Assembly (NCBI GenBank): GCA_947306495.1
Contig: CAMZGT010000003.1
Coordinates: 29,850 to 93,849, forward strand
DNA from: an uncultured Acinetobacter sp.
GTDB taxonomy: Bacteria; Cyanobacteriota; Vampirovibrionia; Gastranaerophilales; Gastranaerophilaceae
Direction: 5' to 3'
Length of the DNA: 64,000 nt
Every line of letters starts with the position of its first letter. Position 1 is the stretch's first letter. Of this stretch, positions 8,210-19,082 are shown piece by piece. The notes beneath the pieces were generated by a model. The model did no database searches, was not told the DNA's origin, and saw nothing but the letters and a program-made list of their open reading frames with translations. Position numbers and translations under genes: made by a program.

Positions 8210-8339
8210 GTAGGGTGGAAAATGTTTTAAGTTGGTAGTTTTAAAATAATTTTACGCACATTTCCACCAATAAAATTTTTGGTGGGAATGAATATTTAAT
8301 CATTGTAACATTCAATGTTTATAACATTTCCCACCCTAC
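8210..8339. repeat. 130-bp nested inverted-repeat element
   Basis: Outer arms GTAGGGTGGAAAATGTT (8210-8226) and AACATTTCCCACCCTAC (8323-8339) match at 16 of 17 positions. Inner arms CATTTCCACCA (8259-8269) and TGGTGGGAATG (8280-8290) match at 10 of 11. Confidence 0.6.
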
Positions 8340-8524
8340 CCGCTAAGTATTTAAAAATTTTATACTATAGAATTTAATAACAATATTTTGTAACAATAGT
8401 TCCGTAAAAAATAATTTTTCTGTTGCAAACGGAACCTATTTTTTAACAAATCTTAATATTTAGACAATTTTTATATTGTTTGAGTTTTATACTATATATG
8501 TAGATAAAATAAAGGTGTAGTAAT

Positions 8525-9736
8525 ATGTTGAAAATAGATGGTGTGAATTATCAAAATAAACAATATTCTATAAAGAATAACAGTAATTATCTAGCATATG
8601 CAAATAATAATCAAACAGATTCAGTTAGTTTTAAATCAAAACTAACTATGACTCCGCAAAAGGTTTCTTTATTTAAAAAGTTAGGTGCGTTAATAGGTAT
8701 TCCTAGTGCAATTGCAACAGTACAAAATATTAATAAGAAACAACAAGAACAAGAATTGCTGGAACTTGAAGAGCAAGGCAGAGAATATTTTGAGAGTGCT
8801 TTAAATCAACCTTATGGACAATCTTATTGGTTTAATGCATTTAAAGAACATCCTGAAATTCTTGAAAAATTATTAATGGAAGAAGATACTGTCAACGGAA
8901 TAACACAAAAAAGATTATATTTTGTTGATTCTGATAAGGTTGTTGGTGTATTTTATAAAAATCCAGATGCAATTGAAAGAATTTTTACTAAAGAATATAT
9001 TTTGAGTTGTGAACAAAAGGGGCAATACTGCATAGATAAACTATTGTTGAATTGTCCTGATATAACAAACAAAATTATGCTTACACCTGACGAAGAAGGT
9101 AAATTGTTGCTACATACTTTTGCTGACGAACATGATAATAAATCTAAAGAATATCCATGGACACCTTTTTATAACATTAATAAAACCTACAAAAGAAATA
9201 ATAAATTGGACAGTCTTGCTGAAATGTATCTGACAAAAGACTCAAGTGGTAAATATCCTCTTGATTATATTAAAGATAAAGATGAAAAAGTAAGGGAAAA
9301 TGTTCTAGGAATAGTGAAACAGACATTTGAAGACAAACCTGAATTACTAGAAAAAATATTAGAAAATTATGATACTGATATTACAGCTGAAGAAAAAGAA
9401 ATGGAAGAAAAAATTAAATATGCATTAGAACACGGCTGCGAATTTATAGACTATGAAGGGAATAGAATTCATATAAAAATATATGACAAATCTCTTATCA
9501 GAGAAATATTAAACGGTAAAAGACACAGTATAAGTAATATGCATAGAGATTATAAATATAAAAAATATAGTCCTGATAACCGTTTGTTAGTAGATCGTGG
9601 TTCTAGTGAAATTGTAACTTACATCTACGATGATAAAAATCAACTTGTAGGTAAAGAAGTCGAAACACTAAGTATGATGCATAGCAAAACAACATCATAT
9701 ACATTTAAAGATGGCAATTGGATTGAAAATAAATAA
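8525..9736 (+). CDS. hypothetical protein with an N-terminal hydrophobic segment and a C-terminal short beta-hairpin-type repeat region
   Basis: 403-aa ORF with an AAAGGTG SD-like sequence upstream. No recognised catalytic motif. Confidence 0.55.
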   Translation: MLKIDGVNYQNKQYSIKNNSNYLAYANNNQTDSVSFKSKLTMTPQKVSLFKKLGALIGIPSAIATVQNINKKQQEQELLELEEQGREYFESALNQPYGQSYWFNAFKEHPEILEKLLMEEDTVNGITQKRLYFVDSDKVVGVFYKNPDAIERIFTKEYILSCEQKGQYCIDKLLLNCPDITNKIMLTPDEEGKLLLHTFADEHDNKSKEYPWTPFYNINKTYKRNNKLDSLAEMYLTKDSSGKYPLDYIKDKDEKVRENVLGIVKQTFEDKPELLEKILENYDTDITAEEKEMEEKIKYALEHGCEFIDYEGNRIHIKIYDKSLIREILNGKRHSISNMHRDYKYKKYSPDNRLLVDRGSSEIVTYIYDDKNQLVGKEVETLSMMHSKTTSYTFKDGNWIENK

Positions 9737-9967
9737 AAAAATTAATATGTTTCTCAAACTTCCTGTTACTTTTTCTCAAACCATGTGTTAATTTACATCT
9801 AGCCTTTTTATTTGTATTTGTTGAGTTAGTGCGATTCATGAATTTTGTACATTTTAACGGACATACACTCGGACAGGAATTCTGTTACTGCGAGCACTCT
9901 GCAGAAAATAAAGTTGACTAAATGCCGAGTTTGTTGAGGTGAAAGTGGCAGTCCAGTCAATCTTAGC

Positions 9968-9987
9968 GATTTTACAAGGTCGGAAAT
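9968..9987. repeat. 20-nt repeat GATTTTACAAGGTCGGAAAT, copy 2
   Basis: Direct repeat of 8051-8070, embedded in a GC-richer segment (about 9880-10000). Confidence 0.7.
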
Positions 9988-10149
9988 ATAGCCCTTAGGT
10001 TAGACTTCAATTAATCAAATTTAAATTAGCAGACTGAAGCCTATCTATTTGCTTAGGTGCATCAAAGAGTGAATATATTACATAAAGAAATGCTGTGCGA
10101 GAAGATAAATTTCAAATCAACGAAATGTGAAAGATTTTATAGAAAAAAT

Positions 10150-10560
10150 TTAATCTACGCAAGCGATAACGTGTATATCTTGTTGTCTGAGAGATTTTTG
10201 TTTGCAATTAGGACAATACGTATATTCATCGTTGTTAATATCATATTTGAACAGATGATTCCCGCAATCCTGGCAAAAAGGCGGTATTTCTTTAGGACTG
10301 TCTTTCTCAGCAGCATTATCTGAATCCGTTTTTTTTACTATATCATAAGAAAGTTCCGTCCCGTCGGGGTAAAAATATTTGTTCGTATTGTCCCTAAGAG
10401 AAGAATAATTTTCCAAATCAATAATGCTATGACAATTATTGCAGCTATATTGAGCTATGCTATAATGTTCACCGTTAGATATTATATGTCCTCCATATTT
10501 GCCGCGATATACATAGCCGCAATTTATACATTTTAATGTCCTGCGAAAAATGATTCCCAT
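10150..10560 (-). CDS. double zinc-ribbon protein (four CxxC pairs)
   Basis: CINC...CNNC and CQDC...CPNC motifs in a 136-aa ORF. Confidence 0.55.
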   Translation of the reverse strand: MGIIFRRTLKCINCGYVYRGKYGGHIISNGEHYSIAQYSCNNCHSIIDLENYSSLRDNTNKYFYPDGTELSYDIVKKTDSDNAAEKDSPKEIPPFCQDCGNHLFKYDINNDEYTYCPNCKQKSLRQQDIHVIACVD

Positions 10561-10837
10561 TGCTTTGCCTTTCCTTGATTCGGTATTATAGTATTCTTTT
10601 TGTTTCTATGTCGTTTTCCGGTAGGGTATCATTAAAAGTTGGTTTAAATGAGTAACATTACTTTATCATGTTACAATATGTCGCATTTATTTGCAATATA
10701 TTTAACTTTTTTTAGATTTTGTTCAAATATCTTTGTTTTTATTTATTTTCAACACTAATTTTTACTATCAAAAAGTAAGTAAAAGTACAAATATTATGAT
10801 ATAATTTAGAGGTATTATTTTTAAAGAAGGGAAGAGT

Positions 10838-12031
10838 ATGAGAATAGATTGGCAGTCAAAACAAACCAGAGTAATAGCAGGAATTTTAGCGGTAATTCTT
10901 GTACCGATTCTGTGGAATCAAGGAAAAACTCTGATAGAAGGAATGATTTCTGCATATATAGCTAAACAACCAAAACAAGTTGAAGTTTCAACGCCGATTG
11001 CCAGAGAAATTAATCCGACATTTACAACAACAGGTCGTATTGAAGCTCAGAAATCAGTTGATATTGTAGCAAGAGTGAGCGGTTGGCTTCAAGAAAGATA
11101 TTTTCAGGAAGGTGACATAGTTAAAAAAGGCCAAAGGTTATTTCTAATAGAACCTGATGAATATGCACTTGCTGCAAAAAGTGCACGTGCAACAGTAAAT
11201 GAAAACTCTGCAGTATATAAAAATTCAGAAATTGCTTTAAAGCGTGCGGAACAACTCTTAAAAGAAGATTTAGTAAGTCGGGAATACTATGACGATGCTC
11301 TTGCTGACAGAAATAAAAATAGAGCGTCATTAGACGGTGCTATCTCTGAAATGAATAAAGCAAACTTGAATTTGAGTTATACGAATATAACATCTCCGAT
11401 GGACGGAAGGATTGGTAAAAAAAATATTTCTGAAGGAAATTATGTTACACCGTCAACAGGAGTTTTAGCCCAAATTTATACAACAAATCCAATGAAAGTT
11501 ATATTTCCTGTAAAAAGTGGTGATTATATAGAACTTAAGAAGTATTTTAAAGAGAAAAAGAACGAAAATCCAAGTCTTGATGAAAATGTGTCCATAATTC
11601 TGGGACTTTCTGACGGTACTACTTATGAAAAAGAAGGTAAAATAGAATTTGTAGACAACAAAGTTGATGAAACAACCGGAACCGTAACAATGAGAGCTCA
11701 GTTTGAAAATCCTGATGAATTACTTGTCCCCGGAGATTATGTTAACGTAACAATAAGGATAAATAAACCTCAAAAGGTTATGCTTATTCCTCAATCTGCT
11801 ACAAAAACAGATGTTGGGACCGGATACTATGTATGGACGGTAAAAGACGGTAAAGCTGTCAAGAAAGATATAGTTGTAAATGAAAACTATGAGAACAACT
11901 GGATTGTTAAAAAAGGTCTCGGGTGGGACGATGTTGTCGTATTAAAGGGCATTCAAGATATTTATAAAACAGGTCAACCTGTAAAAACTAAAAAATATGT
12001 TCAGGAAGAAAAAAATGACAAGAAAAAATAA
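10838..12031 (+). CDS. RND efflux periplasmic adaptor (membrane fusion protein, AcrA/MexA family)
   Basis: N-terminal TM anchor, a coiled-coil hairpin region, the ITSPMDGRIGKKNISEGNYV lipoyl/beta-barrel signature, and a position upstream of the RND pump. Confidence 0.9.
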   Translation: MRIDWQSKQTRVIAGILAVILVPILWNQGKTLIEGMISAYIAKQPKQVEVSTPIAREINPTFTTTGRIEAQKSVDIVARVSGWLQERYFQEGDIVKKGQRLFLIEPDEYALAAKSARATVNENSAVYKNSEIALKRAEQLLKEDLVSREYYDDALADRNKNRASLDGAISEMNKANLNLSYTNITSPMDGRIGKKNISEGNYVTPSTGVLAQIYTTNPMKVIFPVKSGDYIELKKYFKEKKNENPSLDENVSIILGLSDGTTYEKEGKIEFVDNKVDETTGTVTMRAQFENPDELLVPGDYVNVTIRINKPQKVMLIPQSATKTDVGTGYYVWTVKDGKAVKKDIVVNENYENNWIVKKGLGWDDVVVLKGIQDIYKTGQPVKTKKYVQEEKNDKKK

Positions 12032-12064
12032 TTTAATTATTCATTATTAAAAAAAGGAATTAGA

Positions 12065-15000
12065 ATGACAATAAACAAAAAAGATTTATATTTTTTCATT
12101 AAAAAACCGAGATTTTCTGTTGTAATATCTGCAATAATCGTAATTTTAGGCTTACTATCATTGTTTGGTTTACAGCAGGAAAAATATCCTAACATTACAC
12201 CACCGCAGGTTACTATATCGGCATATTATCCGGGGGCGAGTGCTGCCGTTATTGAATCTTCAATTGCTTCTGTTGTGGAATCACAACTTAATGGTGTTAA
12301 AGATATGATTTATATGTCTTCAACAAGTTATGATGGAGCTTATAATTTAAATATTTATTTTAAAACAGGAACTGATAATGACATAAACTTAATGAATGTT
12401 CAAAACAAACTTCAACAAGTTCAGGCACTTTTACCTCAGGAAGTTATACAACAAGGACTGACAGCTGAAAACAAAGTTGGTGGTGCTGGTGCTATTATCT
12501 TAAATCTTGCTTCGGATAATGATTCTTGGAATCAGTTAGATTTAACAAACTATGCTAATATTTATGTTAAAGATGCTATAAAGAGAATAAATGGAGTCGG
12601 TTCTGTTAACGTCTTTGGTGCAGATGATTATAGCATTAGAATTTGGCTTGATCCTGCAAAACTTGCAAGTTACAAAGTTTCCATTGCAGAAATTAAAAAT
12701 GCTATCAGTAACCAAAACATACAAATACCAACAGGTGCTTTAGGTGATCAACCGACCGATGCAAATCCTAGTCTAAAACTTTCATTATTAACAAAAGGTC
12801 GATTGCAAACACCGGAGGAATTTGGGAATATTGTAGTGCGTTCCAACTCTGATGGTTCCAAATTAAGATTAAAAGAACTTTCCAGAGTCGAATTGGGTGC
12901 AAAATCTTATAACATGTTTGGTATTGTTAATACAAAACCTGCTGCTCTTATTCAGGTTATGCCTTTGCCTGGTGCAAATACCGTAGAAATTTGTAATAAT
13001 ATTTATAAAACAACGGATGAGCTTTCCAAAACTTTTCCTGATTCATTAAAACTTGATATTATGATGGATAGTTCAACATTCATAAATGAATCTATGAATG
13101 AAGTAGAATTTACGATTCTTTTAACATCTTTAATTGTAATTTTAATTATATTTGTATTCTTGGGCGATTTCAAAGCTACTTTAATTCCTTGCGTAACAAT
13201 TCCTGTATCTTTAGTAGGGACTTTTATTGCGTTAAAAGTTTTAGGGATGTCTTTGAACCTGTTAACATTATTTGCTCTTGTACTAGCGGTTGCCGTAGTT
13301 GTTGACGATGCTATTGTTGTAATTGAAAACGTAAAACGGCACACGGAGGAGGGTAAATCCGCTATAGAAGCTACGCAAATTACAATGGGTGAAGTAGGTG
13401 GTTCTCTTGTTGCAATGGCAGCGGTTCTCATGGCGGTATTTGTCCCTATGTGCTTTATGACTGGGTTATCCGGAACTATGTATAAACAGTTTGCTGTTTG
13501 TATCTCTGTATCAATTGCGTTTTCTGCAATTTGTGCGTTGTCGCTTTCTCCAGCAATGTGTTCAATTATTTTAAAACCAAGTAAGAAAAAAGGTAAAAAT
13601 AATAAATTAACTTGGGTGAAAATATTAGAAGAATACATTAACAAAGGAATTTCAATTTTTAATGAAAAGTTCGATAAATTAACTAATTATTATATCGACC
13701 TTGTTAAAAAATTTGTTCATGATAAAAAATTGACAATAATAACATACGTTGCGATTGTTCTTTTGATGTTTGGTTTATTTAAGGTTATTCCTACAGGATT
13801 TATCCCGGACGAAGATCAGGGAATGCTTATCACTGTTGTAACACTTCCTGATGGTGCTTCATTGAACAGAACAGAGGATGTATGTAAGAAATTTATAAAA
13901 GCAATTGATGGTATTGAAGGTATTGATCAAAATAGAGTTATTGCTTTTGGCGGTTTTGGTCCTTCAAATCAGGCAAATATTATTATTCAATTAACCGAAT
14001 GGGGAGAAAGAAAGGTTAATCCAATAAGTTGGATAATCCGTAAAATTCAGGGTAAACAAACAGACCTTTCTCACAATGGTATTTTATATGAAATATATAA
14101 ACGTACTGCTGATATTAATGAAGCTTCAATATTTACACTTTCACCACCGGCAATAGATGGTTTAGGAATGGCAGGTGGTTTTGAGTATCAGCTTATGTCA
14201 ACAGGTAATGCCAGTGTACAGGATCTTGCTGCTTTTGCAAGTGAGTTTATTGAAAATGCTAACAGAGACACTGCGTTGCAGAATGTATATACTCAATTTC
14301 AAGCAAATGTTCCACAGTATCAATTAAATATTGATTATGAAAAAGCACTTGCGCAGGGAGTTGATTTATCAGAGCTTCATAATACTTTGGCATCAACTTT
14401 GTCTTATTCATATGTTAATGACTTTAATAAACTCGGAAGAGTATTTAAAGTATTTATGCAGGCAGAGAGTGATTACAGAAATAAAATTGAAGATTTGCAT
14501 AAAATATTTGTTATAAACTCTCAGGGCAATATGGTGCCAATTATGACAATGATTACACCGAAGCAAACAGTCGGTGCTGTTTCTATAACAAGATTTAACC
14601 AATTCCGTGCCGCGCAAATTCAGGGATCTCCTGCTAAAGGCAAGTCATCCGGTGAAGCAATGAATGCTATGAAAAAATTGTCTAAAAAACTTTTACCGCA
14701 TGATTATACATTTGCATGGTCAGGAACGTCTTTGCAGGAACTTGAATCATCCGGACAAACCGGTTTAGTTGTCGGATTTGCATTATTATTCGTATATTTG
14801 TTCCTTGTAGCATTATATGAAAGCTGGATGATACCTGTTGCAGTACTTTTAATATCACCGATTGCAGTAGTTGGTGCATTAATTTTCCAATTAATGATGG
14901 GACAAGCATTGGATTTATATTCACAGGTAGGTCTGATTACTTTAATCGGTCTTGCCGCAAAGCAATCTATTTTGATTGTAGAATTTGCTAAAGAAGAACA

Positions 15001-15286
15001 TGAATCACATGGTTTAACAATTCAAGATGCCGCCATTAAAGCTGCGTTATTAAGATTCAGGGCAATTATGATGACAGAAGCGGCATTTATTTTAGGTATA
15101 TTACCATTGTTATTTGCAACAGGAGCAGGAGCAAACAGTAGAATTTCTGTTGGCTCCACGGTAATTGGCGGTATGATAGTTGCCGCTACTTTGGGTACTG
15201 TTTTAACACCAGCATTTTATGTTATAATTCAAGATATAGTTGATAAGAAATTCAACTGTAAGAAAGATGAAGAGTATGAGATTTAA
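12065..15286 (+). CDS. RND multidrug efflux permease (AcrB/MexB family)
   Basis: 1073 aa with 12-TM/two-large-loop architecture and conserved TM4 [12 protein letters not shown]. Confidence 0.95.
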   Translation: MTINKKDLYFFIKKPRFSVVISAIIVILGLLSLFGLQQEKYPNITPPQVTISAYYPGASAAVIESSIASVVESQLNGVKDMIYMSSTSYDGAYNLNIYFKTGTDNDINLMNVQNKLQQVQALLPQEVIQQGLTAENKVGGAGAIILNLASDNDSWNQLDLTNYANIYVKDAIKRINGVGSVNVFGADDYSIRIWLDPAKLASYKVSIAEIKNAISNQNIQIPTGALGDQPTDANPSLKLSLLTKGRLQTPEEFGNIVVRSNSDGSKLRLKELSRVELGAKSYNMFGIVNTKPAALIQVMPLPGANTVEICNNIYKTTDELSKTFPDSLKLDIMMDSSTFINESMNEVEFTILLTSLIVILIIFVFLGDFKATLIPCVTIPVSLVGTFIALKVLGMSLNLLTLFALVLAVAVVVDDAIVVIENVKRHTEEGKSAIEATQITMGEVGGSLVAMAAVLMAVFVPMCFMTGLSGTMYKQFAVCISVSIAFSAICALSLSPAMCSIILKPSKKKGKNNKLTWVKILEEYINKGISIFNEKFDKLTNYYIDLVKKFVHDKKLTIITYVAIVLLMFGLFKVIPTGFIPDEDQGMLITVVTLPDGASLNRTEDVCKKFIKAIDGIEGIDQNRVIAFGGFGPSNQANIIIQLTEWGERKVNPISWIIRKIQGKQTDLSHNGILYEIYKRTADINEASIFTLSPPAIDGLGMAGGFEYQLMSTGNASVQDLAAFASEFIENANRDTALQNVYTQFQANVPQYQLNIDYEKALAQGVDLSELHNTLASTLSYSYVNDFNKLGRVFKVFMQAESDYRNKIEDLHKIFVINSQGNMVPIMTMITPKQTVGAVSITRFNQFRAAQIQGSPAKGKSSGEAMNAMKKLSKKLLPHDYTFAWSGTSLQELESSGQTGLVVGFALLFVYLFLVALYESWMIPVAVLLISPIAVVGALIFQLMMGQALDLYSQVGLITLIGLAAKQSILIVEFAKEEHESHGLTIQDAAIKAALLRFRAIMMTEAAFILGILPLLFATGAGANSRISVGSTVIGGMIVAATLGTVLTPAFYVIIQDIVDKKFNCKKDEEYEI

Positions 15287-16733
15287 TAATAAAAAAATTG
15301 TAAGTTTAATAGTGTTATCTTGTTTTGTTCTGGGTTCTGTTAACACTGCTGAGGCATTTTCTTTCAAAAAAAACAAAAATAATAATACACAGGTGGCAGG
15401 TGTATCCAAATTAAAAACAACAAAAAACAAAAAAAATGCAGAAGGACAATTGCTTTATACAAACGAGGTACATTCAGTATTTACGTTGGAAGATTGCATT
15501 AATAATGCAATTAAGTATAATCCGAGTATTCAAGCCTCTATATACAATGATGAAGCTTATAAGACACTTATCGGTCAAGCCTGGGCAAACTATTTTCCGT
15601 CAATAAGTGCAGGTTTTGATATTTCAAGAAGCGGTAATAAATATATTGGCGGAGGTCCTTACGGTACTTCTACGAACCAATATCTTACAATGGGGTATGT
15701 TCCTACTGTATCTGCTGATATGCTGCTATTTGATTTTGGGAAAACAAAGGCGAATGCTGATATGGCTAAAAGAACATATGAAGCAGCTCAAGAAGATACT
15801 AAAGAAACTATTAATAATATTATTTATAATATAAAAACCACTTATTATAATATTTTATTTGCGCAAGCTCAAGTTCAGGTTTATGAGGATACAGTGGCAG
15901 ATTATGAATTACAATTGAGCCAAGCGCAAGGTTTTTATCGCTATGGTACAAAACCGAAATTGGATGTAGTAACTGCTGAGTATAATTTGGGAAAAGCGAA
16001 ATTAAATTTGGTAAAAGCAAGAAATGTTTTGGATGTTGCATATGTTGAATTATCAAAAATAATGGGTATGCCTGAATATACTAATTACGAGTTATCTGAT
16101 CAACTTACATTGAATTTGTTTGATATTACTGAAGAAGATGCAATAAAAACTGCTTTTGAAGTAAGACCTGAGCTTGTCAGTGCAAAAAAGAGTTCAGATG
16201 CAGCAAATATGAATTTACGTGCGGCAAGAAGGGAATTTGCACCGAATTTAGGTATTTACGGAAGTTACGGTAATGGCATAGGAAATGACTATAACCTTCA
16301 ATCCGGACAAGTTGGCGTAGGACTCAGTTATACTGGTTTGAATGTTTTAAGATTGAAAAAACAAGTGGATCAAACAAGGGCAGAGTATAAAAAAGCTATG
16401 GCTGAATACGAGAATGTCAAGAATAGTGTATATTATAGTGTGAAAAAAAATTACATGGAGCTGGAAACAGACAAAGAAGCCATTATTATAGCCAAACTTG
16501 CTTTAGATCAAGCAAAAGAACAATGTCGGCAAGTAACAGGAAGATATAAAGCCGGTGTGGGCGATGCTATTGAACTTAAAGATGGTGAAAATACATATTT
16601 AAATGCTCGGTTGGATTTCTACAATGCAATTTTAAATTACAACACAACAGCCGCAAGTCTTGAAAAAGAAATCGGTCTTCCTTTGAAGCTTAAGGAAGAA
16701 AAAGTTTTGAATGTTACTAGAGAAGATTTATAG
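15267..16733 (+). CDS. TolC-family outer membrane factor of the RND system
   Basis: The track ORF starts at 15240. The likely start is [10 protein letters not shown] at 15267, followed by a signal peptide ending NTAEA. It overlaps the pump stop, consistent with operon coupling. Confidence 0.85.
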   Translation: MKSMRFNNKKIVSLIVLSCFVLGSVNTAEAFSFKKNKNNNTQVAGVSKLKTTKNKKNAEGQLLYTNEVHSVFTLEDCINNAIKYNPSIQASIYNDEAYKTLIGQAWANYFPSISAGFDISRSGNKYIGGGPYGTSTNQYLTMGYVPTVSADMLLFDFGKTKANADMAKRTYEAAQEDTKETINNIIYNIKTTYYNILFAQAQVQVYEDTVADYELQLSQAQGFYRYGTKPKLDVVTAEYNLGKAKLNLVKARNVLDVAYVELSKIMGMPEYTNYELSDQLTLNLFDITEEDAIKTAFEVRPELVSAKKSSDAANMNLRAARREFAPNLGIYGSYGNGIGNDYNLQSGQVGVGLSYTGLNVLRLKKQVDQTRAEYKKAMAEYENVKNSVYYSVKKNYMELETDKEAIIIAKLALDQAKEQCRQVTGRYKAGVGDAIELKDGENTYLNARLDFYNAILNYNTTAASLEKEIGLPLKLKEEKVLNVTREDL

Positions 16734-16980
16734 TAATAATAAGCGGTTCTCAATTTATTGTCTGTAATTAGTATTGCGGACTTATTTTTGTTGAGTATAC
16801 ACTGCAAATAATTATTTTTAAGAATGTTTTATGGAATTATTTTTAAAAATCAACCTTACATACTACCTTATTTAGAGTATTATCCTCTGTTTTATCTAAT
16901 ACTTATATCTGAATTTGTAATGTTAGCTTGACAATGCCTATTATCAAGTATTTATATGTTTTTTCGCTTTAAAAAATAAT

Positions 16981-17004
16981 GATATAGACCATGTGGTCTA
17001 TATC
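16981..17004. promoter_or_regulatory. perfect 11-bp-arm palindrome (candidate operator) upstream of the response regulator
   Basis: GATATAGACCA-TG-TGGTCTATATC, about 120 nt upstream of the 17123 start. Confidence 0.35.
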
Positions 17005-17122
17005 GTATTATCTAGCATAGATACTGTAAAATTAACCTTTTTATTGATGAAAATATCCTCTATTGGAATGTAATATGGATAGTATAAAAAGAGGAAATTT
17101 AAATTAGGGGAGAAGAGAGAGT

Positions 17123-17830
17123 ATGAGACATGAGTTTAAGAAAAAATCAAGAGTGTTATTAATTGACGACAATTATGAACATTTAGTCGGAATTCGTGAA
17201 CTTTTGAATTTGGAAGGGACTTTTGATGTAGTAGGTATCGCTACAAATGTTACAACCGGTGTCAGCTTAGTAAAAAAATATCAGCCTGATATTGTATTAC
17301 TGGATATGAATATGCCTGATCGTGACGGTTTACAAGGTATTTTAGAAATTACAAAATTAGGGTTGGGTACAAAAGTTTTAGCCTTATCAGGATATGATGA
17401 TGCAGATTTAATCTTTAGAGCAATGAAACTTGGAGCAAAAGGTTATGTATTAAAAACTATGGCCTCTGCTCAACTTATTTATGCAATAGAAGAAGTTCTT
17501 AACGGTAAAATTTATCTTCCGCTTGCATTATCATCAAGATTTTTCGAATATTTTCAACAATCTTTCAGAGAAGAAACTTCAAGAAAAGAAACAGATTCAG
17601 AAGAAAACTTACTCGACGCGCTAACTCAAAGAGAAGAAGAGGTTTTGGAACTTTTAACACAAGGAGTTACTTACAAAGGAGTTGCAAGCAAATTATTTAT
17701 TTCTGAAACAACAGTAAAAACACACGTTAATAATATTTTCCAAAAACTTCAGGTTAATGACAGAACGCAAGCTGTTCTTTATGCAATTAATAACGGTTTT
17801 TTGACTAAAAAAGTGAAAATTGCGGTGTAA
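17123..17830 (+). CDS. response regulator, NarL/LuxR family (REC plus LuxR-type HTH)
   Basis: LLIDDN...DIVLLDMNMPDRDG receiver motifs and a C-terminal LTQREEEVLELL...ETTVKTHVNNIFQKL HTH. Confidence 0.9.
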   Translation: MRHEFKKKSRVLLIDDNYEHLVGIRELLNLEGTFDVVGIATNVTTGVSLVKKYQPDIVLLDMNMPDRDGLQGILEITKLGLGTKVLALSGYDDADLIFRAMKLGAKGYVLKTMASAQLIYAIEEVLNGKIYLPLALSSRFFEYFQQSFREETSRKETDSEENLLDALTQREEEVLELLTQGVTYKGVASKLFISETTVKTHVNNIFQKLQVNDRTQAVLYAINNGFLTKKVKIAV

Positions 17831-17849
17831 AAACAAATTGGGATAAAAA

Positions 17850-19082
17850 ATGAAGAAAATTGTAAGACAGCAAAATTATTTAAAAGAATTGATTGATTCG
17901 CAAGATAATCAATATCTTTCAAAAATAGCACTCAAGTGTATGATTCGTGCTGTCTTGGAACCGTTGCTGGATAATCCTGAAGAAGGTGTTGTGCTTCACA
18001 GAATAATTAACAGAAACGGTGTGCTGGGATTAATTAAACGATTAGATTTTTCTACCGTAGAAGGTTATGATTTTACTGATGAAGCAGGACTTCTAAAAGA
18101 AAAGGTTTGGGCAAACACAGAATTTTTAGCAGTTCTTACACACAGATTTGTTTCTATAGTTATATGGGATAACAAAACGGATAATCCTAACTATGTCAGG
18201 TATTATACTGTTTACAATTCAAAACTTCAGAATGAAGCACTTGATATTATTGCAAGAAATACATCTCTAGATATAAAAGCTTTTCAAGAAAGTTTTAAAC
18301 CTGACAGACGTGACAATGTACTTTTAAATTCTTCCATAAGACGTCTGATAATGAACCTTGATGAAGCTTCAAAAGATGCCGTTCTTGGGTTTGCACAAAT
18401 ACAATCTGAAAAAGAGGAAGTAGAAGTTGATTCTAACACCAGAGCAATTGCTCATGAAATAAGAAATCAATTATCCATTTGTGATTTGTATACTGAAATA
18501 ATCAAAAAATATTGTGCAAAAAATGGTATAAAAGAAGAAACTATTTCAAATGCACTCGGTTGTATTAGCAGGGCTGTAAAACTTGCAGGAAATTCGATTG
18601 TATCTTTAAAATCTACTGAGAAAAATGTAATTAAACAGTACAAATTAAAAGAATTAATCAGTAATGCAGTTGATTTGACTAAAGTATATTTTGAATGCAA
18701 AGATATTGAATATATTGTGGAAAACGATACGGATTTAAAAATTCCTGTTGATGAAAATAAATTTCTTGCAGCACTCATTAATTTGGTTAAAAATGCAGCA
18801 GAAGCTTTTGAAGAAAAAGGAAATGTCCTTGAAGGTAAGTATATTAAATTAAAAACAGAATCGGACGGAGATTTTGCAGTACTTAGGATATCAAATAATG
18901 CCGGCAAAATAGAGAATCCAAAAGAAATCTTTGAAGAAGGATACACAACAAAATCATCAGGTTCCGGATTGGGACTTGTAATTTGTAAAAAGTCAATTGA
19001 AAGTATGTACGGTAAACTTTATCTCGAGCATACAGGCGATGATTACACCGAGTTTGTAATAAAGATAGGAGCTGTGAAATAA
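17850..19082 (+). CDS. cytoplasmic sensor histidine kinase (no TM segment; N-terminal sensory domain possibly DICT-like)
   Basis: H-box AHEIRNQLS, N-box LVKNAAEAF and G-box GSGLGLVICKKS. I see no hydrophobic segment. The DICT-like call is a weak recollection only. Confidence 0.85.
   Translation: MKKIVRQQNYLKELIDSQDNQYLSKIALKCMIRAVLEPLLDNPEEGVVLHRIINRNGVLGLIKRLDFSTVEGYDFTDEAGLLKEKVWANTEFLAVLTHRFVSIVIWDNKTDNPNYVRYYTVYNSKLQNEALDIIARNTSLDIKAFQESFKPDRRDNVLLNSSIRRLIMNLDEASKDAVLGFAQIQSEKEEVEVDSNTRAIAHEIRNQLSICDLYTEIIKKYCAKNGIKEETISNALGCISRAVKLAGNSIVSLKSTEKNVIKQYKLKELISNAVDLTKVYFECKDIEYIVENDTDLKIPVDENKFLAALINLVKNAAEAFEEKGNVLEGKYIKLKTESDGDFAVLRISNNAGKIENPKEIFEEGYTTKSSGSGLGLVICKKSIESMYGKLYLEHTGDDYTEFVIKIGAVK

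Noticed and set aside
7983-10000. Short repeats (AAAAGTCC, the 20-mer, the GGTGGGAAATG motif) as a possible CRISPR array or integron attC sites.
   Set aside because: The repeats are too few, too short and irregularly spaced for a CRISPR array, and no cas genes are present. The candidate core sequences do not fit the attC R'/R'' consensus (GTTRRRY / RYYYAAC), and no intI gene is present.
10660-10690. Inverted repeat GTAACAT...ATGTTAC upstream of the RND operon as a TetR-type operator.
   Set aside because: The arms are only 7 bp in very AT-rich DNA, and no TetR-family regulator gene is adjacent. This is not distinguishable from chance.
15240-15266. Upstream extension of the second TolC-like ORF, overlapping the RND pump gene by 47 nt.
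   Set aside because: The internal start at 15267 (MKSMRF...) gives a normal signal peptide and a shorter overlap. The extension is probably not translated.
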